From positions 6,014,001 through 6,078,000 of the forward strand of contig OX337229.1 of NCBI GenBank assembly GCA_946965045.2: a stretch of DNA of 64,000 bases, read 5' to 3'. The notes beneath the pieces are model-generated. The model was not told where the DNA came from. It saw only the letters and a list, made by a program, of their open reading frames with translations, and ran no database searches. This document shows positions 39,300 through 50,006 of the stretch, piece after piece (position 1 is the stretch's first letter; the number at the start of each line of letters is the position of its first letter). A program made the translations under genes and the position numbers. This DNA is from Epithemia pelagica. Lineage: Eukaryota; Protista; Bacillariophyta.

Positions 39300-39318
39300 G
39301 ATTAACAGTCTCATCGCT
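39300..39318 (+). promoter_or_regulatory. Primer-binding site complementary to the D-stem/anticodon arm of a tRNA-Asn(GUU)
   Basis: GATTAACAGTCTCATCGCT; reverse complement AGCG-A-TGAGA-CTGTTAA-TC. It abuts the LTR end. Confidence 0.75.
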
Positions 39319-39803
39319 CATTGCCCTGCAGTCGCATTGGAGATCATACTTACCCATCTACATTGAGTACAGATTGAGCTACACCAACAAACAAGAGTTA
39401 GAGGTCAAAGCTACCCAACCCAACAACAGGGCCAGCCTGGCTAAGGCTAGGGTCATCAACCCTCTCCTATTCCAGGACCTCAAGCTGGACCAGGACTTCG
39501 TGCAACTACCTTCCCAATACTCACCTGACCAGTACTTTGCTGAGGACTACGAGCAAGACGAGGAAGCTACCATTATTCCTGACTCCCCGGTTCAACTCGA
39601 TCACCGCAACGAGTCCGGAAGTGACCAAGGATAAGTATCTTTAAGTAGTTTCCACAACAAACCAGAGACAAAACCGAGTTCCGCACATCCGGGTTCCCAG
39701 CACAACACACATCCGGGTACTTACATACGTGGCACACACGTGGTACATCCGGGTTCAGATCACACCACACATTAAATAAACAACGAACCAACCATATACT
39801 ACC

Positions 39804-41717
39804 ATGGATCCAACATACCCCAAGACACCTTCTCTTCCTTCTGACGACTCAGTACCGCCCGACATATCAGATACACAAGTGTTCAATCATATCACCCAGC
39901 ATCTATTTGAATGTGATGAGGAACGAGCTCAAGCCCTTCATCAATGGATAAAACATAGTGGTTTCGAACACATTCTGAATGTCATCGACTATCTTGCAGT
40001 CAATCCAGAAAAGAATATCAAGGACCTTGGACAATACAAGTATGGGAACAAGACGATGAACCTGAAGACGTATACAAGGCATCAACTGAAGATCCTAGCA
40101 TATTGGTCACGAGAACAAACCTCAACCCTGCAGCAGTGTGATATATCCCGTTCAACCTGGTTGAACCTCAACAAGGCCGATTATGATCATTGGAGAATCA
40201 ATGCAGACTTCACCAAGCTTTGCCTGAACCAAGGTTGGATTTCGTCATTTCGTTTAGCAAAAAGAGAGGTCTTACGTCTTAACAACTACATTTCCAATCT
40301 TTGTCTCGATGATTCATGGCACGGCACAACCTATCAGTTTCTTCTCCACTTTCAACACCAATTCCATCTTCTCGACAATCTGGGATCAATGTTTGATCAC
40401 ATTCCTGGCCACTCCACTAGGATGACCTTCCTGATGAAAGCCGTTGAAAAGGTACCTGATTTACGACAAGTCAACATCTTGTCTGGTGCAAAGACACTTT
40501 GTTATCAATCATATTTCCGTCTTCTCCTTGATGCCGCATATGATCATGACCAAGCAACTCGAGCACCAAAGTCTAACCGACTTAAGCATACCAAGCAATG
40601 CGACTTTCAATATGATCAAGATTTTGATATCAAAGATCTATCACCCAAAGAAAAACACCGCATGATTAAGAGAACTAACGTGAAGACCAAGAAATCATCT
40701 TCGCTTTGTCCAAAGATCAGTCTTCCAAGAGATCTGTGGAGTAAACTCAACGACAATAGTCGTCAAGTAATCATTGCGTACAACAAGTCTACCCAGAATC
40801 CGTCATCAACAACTGCATGCATGGAACAGACGCATACTCTTGACATTGATCCGGAACCTGATCCCGACCCTGGTCGTGCATGGATTGACGACATGATTCA
40901 AGATGATTCCCAAGACCATCAAGATAATTTCTTTGATCTGATTACCCGGTTGGTTCCACAAGTTGTGACCAATCTTGTTGTCAATCATCCAACATCTAAT
41001 CTTGCTAATTTGGAATCCAATACCAAGACAACATCCATCCCTAATGATTGTCCCAAGAACAACAATTGTAAACAGAAAGTTCAGACATCTCGACATCTGC
41101 TCTCTCGCATGTCTACTTTCTCCGGCGACAATCACATGACTGGCTTTAATTGGCATCTTGATCCCATGCAAGATACGGCACCTTCTTTGAGGACTGTTGA
41201 AAATGATGGCAATCCAAATGATGCGTTTGGGAAATATACCAATCGTGTTGTCTGTAACCTCAACCTTCTCTTGGATTTACCTTACGATCATGGACCCGAT
41301 ACACCTTCCTTCTTCACACCCATACTTGGAGAGTACGGTTCCAAATCATACCTCCAAGATCAGAACATGGCTGAGAACCGTTGTCAGACCGTTAAGAGGA
41401 CAACATACGTCGTGACCATTTCGGGCCATATCTCTCTTGAGATCCTCAATGGTCGCCCACCCGGCATTACCCACCCTCTTTTCTTCCTTATCTGGGACAA
41501 GGCCCCCTACTTTACCGCATCATATGCCCTCTCCCACCGTCCCTACCGTCCCTACCCTCCCTCTTTTGTCACGACACTTGGCTACTGGCTTGTTTTTGCC
41601 CCTCCTATTGGTGATACTTTGTCTCTGGACACTCAAACCCTTTGTTACTCTGCCATTCTTCATGATGCACCCACGCCACCCAGCAACCTTTGTGTGGATA
41701 CCTCTTCAGGGGAGTAA
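39804..41717 (+). pseudogene. Copia gag with decayed integrase remnants (637-aa open frame)
   Basis: 'LNNYISNLCLDDSWHGTTYQFLLHFQHQFHLLD' (CoDi gag-like) and 'SLEILNGRPPGITHPLFFLIWDKAPY' (integrase C-terminal remnant). No protease D(S/T)G or integrase D,D-35-E seen. Confidence 0.75.
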
Positions 41718-42023
41718 TCGCTTCCAAGTGAACCCAACGGCAAGCAAGCTGACATTGTTTTCATTTGTAGCAAAGGTGAAGATCCATCCACGCAAATTCC
41801 AACGATCAAACATGATGACACTATTGGACAACCTTTCCTTGTTTATGATCCAGAGGAAAATGGGGAGCAACCACAACCGTATAATGGGGAGCAACCACAA
41901 CCGTGTCTTATAAGATGCGTCATTGATTTAGAACAAGATGCTCTCAAGCAAGAAGACTGTATCAAGTACACTTTCTGCAAATCCATTTCCGACATTGACA
42001 AGATAATTTCATACCGTCAACAT

Positions 42024-43154
42024 ATGGAATACATCAAACAGGACAACCAAGCACAGGAAACTGAAGATGACGTTTTCCAGTTCAGAGACGTTGTTGCAGA
42101 TCAAGAACCGTCAAGTATTAGCAACAATCCTGACTACAAAAGAAGTCACTGTAATATACTTGTTGATTGGGAGACTGGGGCGATGATCTATGAGCCTCCG
42201 TCACTCGTGGTAAATGATGCCTATGCCAAGAAACATGATCTATTGAATGAACTTGGATGGAAACATCTCAAGCATTTTGTCAAGACCAGTAAATGCCTTG
42301 TTCAAGCTGCCAAACAGCAGTCAAGAATCAAGCAAGTCTGTCGTTCCATCAAGTACAAGTTTGGTTATCAAGTTTCAAAGACAAATGAAGAATTAGTTGT
42401 TTTGTTAGACAAGCAACATGGTAAAAGAAAGTGGCACAACACTACCGAAGTTGAGCTCTTTCAGGCTTCACTGATCCAATCCCTCACAAAAGTCAAGGAT
42501 TGCGTTCAAGCTCAGTGCAAGAGAAGGGAAATGATAAATGCATCACCAGAAGAGTATCACAAGAACAAGATTCGAATCCATCTTGTAAAACATGATGATA
42601 GTCGCCCAGCACTTCTCATCACAGACGAGGCTTTTACCAAAGAACCAGTTGAGGCAATCTTTTTGTGTACTACTTCCATTCACAACTTCCATACAACCAC
42701 CTGTCTTGGGATTCTCAATGATATGGATATATGGGGAGCAAAAGTTGGAATTGCACACGACCTGGAAGCTTTATCTGGAGAGAAGATCTTGATAGTTGCA
42801 AGACAAGAACTCAAGGAATCAGGTCACATCTTGATTACGCACAAGGCATCCAAGGGATTAAAATCTTCAGGAGCATGTCGGCATGACTGTTTCTTTGACA
42901 CCCCCATTGATATGGATTTGTCACCAACTAAAGCAGATCCCAATGTTTGGATGAAGAAGGCACCTGGGGAGCATAGCTCAAAGGGCATCGACAAGACCTA
43001 CCAACTCAAGAATGATGACTATGAGAACATCCAGGAGACATTCTCAACAAGCATTGGAAATTCTCAAAAGTATGGACCATGTTCAAGATCATATTCTTCT
43101 GGGGAGGAAACGTTCAGAAGCATGACAAGGAAAATAACAATCCTCACTCGATGA
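42024..43154 (+). pseudogene. Decayed copia pol (integrase-RT linker and RT N-terminal part), 376-aa open frame
   Basis: 'NPDYKRSHCNILVDWETG..YEP', 'AYAKKHDLLNELGWKHLK', 'KYKFGYQV', 'KIRIHLVKHDD', 'KASKGLKSSGA' and 'PTKADPNVWMK'. No YVDD and no RNase H. Confidence 0.85.
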
Positions 43155-43159
43155 ATTGT

Positions 43160-43165
43160 GGGGAG
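43160..43165 (+). promoter_or_regulatory. Short polypurine tract (GGGGAG)
   Basis: Immediately precedes the 3' LTR TG. Confidence 0.7.
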
Positions 43166-43921
43166 TGTTAGGATTCTCACCTTTAACTAGGTGATGGTGG
43201 AATCTACAACACATCGACTGATGCTAGTATTTTATGGCATCCGATGACATTTTCCTAAAAGTGAGAAAAGAATGTCGGCATGCTCGCGAAACTATAAATT
43301 TGGCCACGGCATGCTCGCAGTGCACGCGTTATCGGCGACCGCTCGGATATTAACTATGGCCCAACACGTGCGCGCCCAAAACTATCAAGTGCGCGCCTCT
43401 ACTATCCGAGTACGCGCATCCACGATTCGACCTAACGGTCTATGTAATCAAAGCACGAATCACGATCACGCGAGACCATATCTCTGTTCCCACAAATCCA
43501 AGAATGCAAACAGCAACGCGCCCAGGACAAGACTTATACCACGACAAAGCAAGAGCTGTTGCATCCCATACATGTTATCCATCACCCTATACATTCAATA
43601 CACACCAATGCCGGTCTACTCCAACCAGTGAGGACCTATCACACCAGATCCATGGCCGTATACAAGAGCAAGGACTTCGGCACCATCAACCACCTTAGTT
43701 AGTAATCGTCTCACAATCATTAATATCACCATTTTAACACTCATCTTAAGACTAACCTCTTATCAGTGGACCGACTGCCCCCACCCACGGCGGACTTCGA
43801 CTTGCAACTCTTCTCTGACCCGTGGAGGATTGTTGTATCGGTTGGTGATCGATTGTCGGCTCAGCGAGCCTTTTACCCAACTACCTATTACCCTTCTGAA
43901 TTCTCAATGAGAGTTCTGCTA
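43166..43921 (+). repeat. 3' LTR
   Basis: Direct repeat of 38544-39299, followed by the TSD and resumption of the satellite in register. Confidence 0.93.
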
Positions 43922-46900
43922 ACTTGTTCCTGTTCGACTTGAGGCTATAGTACTATAAGATTTGTCGCCATTTGTTTCGCGTGAGAACAACTCTAGTATC
44001 CACAGGTTTTGGAATGTGAAACTGTTGTCACTTATAGTCCACGCCAGAAGGTATCTGATAATGCAATGCAATTTGGGTTCGGCAACTTTGATGGTATACT
44101 TGTTCCTGTTCGACTTGAGGCTATAGTACTATAAGATTTGTCGCCATTTGTTTCGCGTGAGAACAACTCTAGAATCCGCATGTTTTGGAATGTGAAAAAG
44201 GTGTCACTTATAGTCCACGCCATAAGGTATCTGATGATGTAATGCAATTTGGGTTCGGCAACTTTGATGGTATACTTGTTCCTGTTCGACTTGAGGCTAT
44301 TGTACTATAAGATTTGTCGCCATTTGTTTCGCGTGAGAACAACTCTAGAATCCACAGGTTTTGGAATGTGAAACTGTTGTCACTTATAGTCCACGCCATA
44401 AGGTATCTGATAATGCAATGCAATTTGGGTTCGGCAACTATGATGGTATACTTGTACCTGTGCGACTTGAGGCTATACTACTATAAGATTTGTCGCCATT
44501 TGTTTCGCGTGAGAACAACTCTAGTATTTCATGTTTTGGAATGTGAACCTGTTGTCACTTATAGTCCACGCCATAAGGTATTTGATAATTCAATGCAATT
44601 TGGGTTCGGCAACTTAAATGGTATACTTGTTCCTGTTCGACTTGAGGCTATATTACTACAAGATTTGTCGCCATTTGTCTCGCGTGAGAACAACTCTAGA
44701 ATCCACAGGTTTTGGAATGTGAAACTGTTGTCACTTATAGTCCACGCCAGAAGGTATCTGATAATGCAATGCAATTTGGGTTCGGCAACTTTGATGGTAT
44801 ACTTGTTCCTGTTCGACTTGAGGCTATAGTACTATAAGATTTGTCGCCATTTGTTTCGCGTGAGAACAACTCTAGTATCCACAGGTTTTGGAATGTGAAC
44901 CTGTTGTCACTTATAGTCCACGCCAGAAGGTATTTGATAATGCAATGCAATTTGGGTTCGGCAACTATGATGGTATACTTGTACCTGTGCGACTTGAGGC
45001 TATACTACTATAAGATTTGTCGCCATTTGTTTCGCGTGAGAACAACTCTAGTATCCACAGGTTTTGGAATGTGAACCTGTTGTCACTTATAGTCCACGCC
45101 AGAAGGTATTTGATAATGCAATGTAATTTGGGTTCGGCAACTTTGATGGTATACTTGTTCCTGTTCGACTTGAGGCTATAGTACTATAAGATTTGTCGCC
45201 ATTTGTTTCGCGTGAGAACAACTCTAGTATCCTCATGTTTTGGAATGTCAAACTGGTGTCACTTATAGTCCACGCCATAAGGTATCTGATAATGCAATGC
45301 AATTTGGGTTCGGCAACTATGATGGTATACTTGTACCTGTTCGACTTGAGGCTATACTACTATAAGATTTGTCGCCATTTGTTTCGCGTGAGAACAACTC
45401 TAGAATCCGCATGTTTTGGAATGTGAAAAAGGTGTCACTTATAGCCCACGCCATAAGGTATCTGATGATGTAATGCAATTTGGGTTCGGCAACTTTGATG
45501 GTATACTTGTTCCTGTTCGACTTGAGGCTATTGTACTATAAGATTTGTCGCCATTTGTTTCGCGTGAGAACAACTCTAGAATCCACAGGTTTTGGAATGT
45601 GAAACTGTTGTCACTTATAGTCCACGCCAGAAGGTATCTGATAATGCAATGCAATTTGGGTTCGGCAACTTTGATGGTATACTTGTTCCTGTTCGACTTG
45701 AGGCTATAGTACTATAAGATTTGTCGCCATTTGTTTCGCGTGAGAACAACTCTAGAATCCGCATGTTTTGGAATGTGAAAAAGGTGTCACTTATAGTCCA
45801 CGCCATAAGGTATCTGATGATGTAATGCAATTTGGGTTCGGCAACTTTGATGGTATACTTATTCCTGTTCGACTTGAGGCTATTGTACTATAAGATTTGT
45901 CGCCATTTGTTTCGCGTGAGAACAACTCTAGAATCCACAGGTTTTGGAATGTGAAACTGTTGTCACTTATAGTCCACGCCATAAGGTATCTGATAATGCA
46001 ATGCAATTTGGGTTCGGCAACTTAAATGGTATACTTGCTCCTGTTCGACTTGAGGCTATAGTACTATAAGATTTGTCGCCATTTGTTTCGCGTGAGAACA
46101 ACTCTAGTATCCACATGTTTTGGAATGTCAAACTTTTGTCACTTATAGTCCACGCCATAAGTTATCTGATGATGCAATGCAATTTGGGTTCGGCAACTAT
46201 GATGGTATACTTGTACCTGTTCGACTTGAGGCTATAGTACTATAAGATTTGTCGCCATTTGTTTCGCGTGAGAACAACTCTAGTATCCACAGGTTTTGGA
46301 ATGTGAACCTGTTGTCACTTATAGTCCACGCCATAAGGTATTTGATAATGCAATGCAATTTGGGTTCGGCAACTTTGATGGTATACTTGTTCCTGTTCGA
46401 CTTGAGGCTATATTACTACAAGATTTGTCGCCATTTGTTTCGCGTGAGAACAACTCTAGAATCCACAGGTTTTGGAATGTGAAACTGTTGTCACTTATAG
46501 TCCACGCCAGAAGGTATCTGATAATGCAATGCAATTTGGGTTCGGCAACTTTGATGGTATACTTGTTCCTGTTCGACTTGAGGCTATAGTACTATAAGAT
46601 TTGTCGCCATTTGTTTCGCGTGAGAACAACTCTAGTATCCACAGGTTTTGGAATGTGAACCTGTTGTCACTTATAGTCCACGCCATAAGGTATCTGATAA
46701 TGCAATGCAATTTGGGTTCGGCAACTATGATGGTATACTTGTACCTGTGCGACTTGAGGCTATACTACTATAAGATTTGTCGCCATTTGTTTCGCGTGAG
46801 AACAACTCTAGTATCCACAGGTTTTGGAATGTGAACCTGTTGTCACTTATAGTCCACGCCATAAGGTATCTGATGATGTAATGCAATTTGGGTTCGGCAA

Positions 46901-46941
46901 CTTTAATGGTATACTTGTTCCTGTTCGACTTGAGGCTATAG
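43922..46941. repeat. 176-bp satellite block (about 17 monomers)
   Basis: Head-to-tail monomers with 176-bp periodicity (ORF-track artefacts recur every 176 bp). A representative monomer is about 40% GC by hand count. Confidence 0.98.
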
Positions 46942-47449
46942 CATCTAAGGAAGGAACGGTACGCCAGTTTATGGCGGTTTAATTATCGATAAGAAAGCAC
47001 CCCTAAGCGCATCCTACTAGAATCATCCGCGCGCAGGACACGCGCACACCTACAAGAACACGCGCACACCTACAAGAACATGCGCATGGCCCTTCCTCAC
47101 GTTATTACTAAAAATGTGCTTTCCAGAACCAGCAAGCGCATGACCCACATTTCACCAACTTCAACACCATGCACAGTCAAGAACCAATAGTCATCACATC
47201 CCTCCACCTTCATGCACAGTCAAGAACCAACAGTCATCACATACCCTCCTATGTATGCACTCATCCTTGATTGTGTCACATCACCATCATGCGCATTACT
47301 CCAGCATCAAGTGCAAGCAAGTTGAACACAGTGCATTTAACTAACACCATGCACACACTCCCACTAACAACCAGCGAATGAATGGAACACAATACATGTA
47401 GCTATATAGGAGTAGTATATGAAATGAAACCAATTGTCACTCTGATCAA

Positions 47450-49442
47450 TCACTGCCATGACCGTTTTCGTGGCCTTTTAGAAGGCCTTGTCACAGCATC
47501 ATCATCTGCATACCCCATTCGAGAGCGATATTGCCCATTGAGAAACATCATGAACCAGATACCACGGTCGCCTGCTCTGTCTTCACGAGCGATTTTCTCT
47601 TCCATATCCTCAAAATAGTCCATACCATCCTCATTCATACATCGACTTGAGTTCCAACTGCCTGAATATTTGAAGCGAGGATACCTTGCTGAGGATGTAT
47701 CAATCATTTGATCAACACCATTTTCATTGTACCACCTTGGATTTAATTCAAATAGTTTTGCCTTGAAAGTGGTCTTGCCCATGTGAGTCCACACATCCCA
47801 GCAATCCACAAGGATGGTCAATATGAACGCCTCGTCACTTGAAGTGAATAACTTCAAGGCCTTTTCGCAATGTTCCTTTCCCTGCTGCTCAGTGTGGTCA
47901 CCAAAATTGAAATCAATCACGGTTTTATGCATATTCTCACCATAGACACATGGACCAAACAATTGCAAGAGATATGAATAGGCATAGTTGTCACACTTCT
48001 CTCCTCTCAATAACAGAAATTCTTCCAGGGTAGGCATTGGCCCAAAGTCTTCACAGTCGTTCAAAAGGCATGGATACCTCCGCTGGAAATTACTGTCACG
48101 CCATAGATCAAGACCCACATGTTCTAGATTCAGCAACAAATTATCTCACATCTCTTTATGAGAAGACGACGTGATGAACCAACACATTCACTCTTCGATT
48201 GACACTTACTTATGAATGCTTTTCGCATGGAAGCCAGAACATTTGATCGTTTGCTTCGGAACTTGTCAAGCATATAAGGTGAATGTTCAATCCACCACTC
48301 CTCTTGTTGTTTTGCATCCGTAATACCTTTGCCTTTGAAATAGTGCTCAGTAAAATATGTTTTGCCATACTTCCCCCAAAGACCATTCGGATCTGCCTTA
48401 GTATCTTCGGACATGGAGAAATACTTGACATAACGCCATGCCACCTTCCGAACAAATGTATCAAAGAACTTCTCCGATACCACCTCAGGCTTTTTCTTCG
48501 GCTTTTGCTTCTTACTCTTGTCCTTTTCAACAGAACCTTTGTGTGTAGTGGATGTTACAATCGTACTTGTCGGGCAAGATGATTGATTTTGGTATACTGT
48601 TGTTGTCTGTGTTTCCTGTGCCAACTGATTTTGAATATCGTCTTGTAGAAGAGTTTCCATCGCCTGATCAGGCCCTGTTGTTAGCAAAGTAGATGACGAA
48701 GATGACGACATATCCGAAAGGGAAGAAACGTCGTTAGCAAAGGTATCACCTGATGCATTCAACCCACAAACACCCCCGTCATTAGAGCCGTCTCACCGAC
48801 AAATTGTCCTCCTCCATTTTGTGCATCTAACAACTTACTGACAAGTCCTCCAGCAGGAAAATGTCTTTCATTAGGATCAAAATCATCTCCATCATACTCA
48901 CTGGGTCCATTGCTCATATTCTGCAATGCTCGTTGCATTTCAGGTCCAGTGAGAATATTTACACCGACATCGTCTTCCTCCATGTTATTAACTGCCGTGT
49001 TTGTTGGTTGCGCAAAACCAGATGATGGTTGTGTTCTCAGCCCACCCTGTTCATTATTGCTATCATCTGCTGAAGTCACATCGGCTCCATCTCTTTCTGA
49101 ATTTGTTGCCTGCTCCAAAAGATTACCACTCCCTTCCACAGTTGTGCCTTCTTGTGCTTGTGCTTGATCGTTGTTCATCGAGATCTGTTCCTCTTCTTCC
49201 TCGTCATCAGAACTATCTTCTTGGAGTACTAAACCTCCATTGGCTGCTGCAATAAGAGCATCTTTGTTTGTAATTGTCCCATCCTTGTTAGGAAGATTCT
49301 CTTTATTTCTTGTTGCCACTGCTGCCAAGATGCTTCTTCGTTGTCGTTCAACCTCTTTCTGATTACTTCCATAGTTTGCATTTCGGACTGCTAAGGGTCG
49401 ACGCCTCGTTGAAGCTGCATTTCTGGTGGTGACTCCTGCCAT
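47450..49442 (-). CDS. Transposon accessory protein (about 600 aa, 3 exons), possibly TnpA-like
   Basis: Exons 49442-48839, 48749-48210 and 48123-47450 are joined in phase by GTAAGT...AG introns of 89 and 86 nt. C-terminal 'LFTSSDEAFILTILVDCWDVW...KYSGSW...EDGMDYFEDMEEKI'; basic C-terminus. Confidence 0.7.
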
Positions 49443-50006
49443 CGTTTATCTTGGATGCTCCGTCTGATTTATGACAAGGATATGAACAAGAGCAGGGTGA
49501 CAACAAGTCCTCTGATGGACAACCATTCAAATTCAAATGCTGGAATGCTCCATGTTTGAATCATAAACTCCGTGTTTGAACGATGGTCCTTTGGAGAACG
49601 TATGAAGATGAGCATAGGTGGTTTCAAGTACATCATACTTGTCAGATGGAACATTGGTGCATGGGTTTGAATGATTGTCATTTCCTTTCTAATGTCGACA
49701 GTGTAGGTATCCTCGGCATTGACACAGTGTTTGAATTCCAATCGCTGCTATCACCGTTGGTATATAACCCGGCAGGCTGGATTGGATTAAGTAAATACAC
49801 ACGACCGTTTGAAAATATTATGATCCGTTCATGTACATAAGCGATTTTCAGTCGCTTTTATGCACCAACGTCGGCCGATCCACCCAATGCGGAGAAATTC
49901 TGATATATGCCACAAGATTGACCACCGATGTCTCAATTTGCAGAAATCGATTACAGAGCATTTTTCATTCCAAACCAAAATCTAAAACCACCAGCATCGT
50001 ACCATC

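Larger units (their letters stand above)
38544..43921 (+). mobile_element. Ty1/copia (CoDi-type) LTR retrotransposon, 5378 bp, internally decayed and non-autonomous
   Basis: Two 756-bp direct repeats offset by 4622 bp, and a 5-bp TSD ACTTG (38539-38543 and 43922-43926). PBS lies after the 5' LTR and GGGGAG before the 3' LTR. Gag and pol remnants have diatom copia motifs. Confidence 0.95.

Noticed and set aside
39300-39307. Alternative canonical LTR end at ...ATTAACA
   Set aside because: The 3' LTR lacks these bases, and the ACTTG TSD follows directly after CTGCTA.
39300-39318. tRNA-Asn-like sequence as a tRNA gene
   Set aside because: Only 19 nt match (antisense), with no acceptor or T arm; it is interpreted as a PBS.
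41864-41910. Tandem duplication (atggggagcaaccacaaccgt, 24-bp period) and three cacatccgggt copies at about 39683-39755 in the copia element
   Set aside because: Small local duplications of the kind common in decaying retroelements and their leaders; no further evidence of function.
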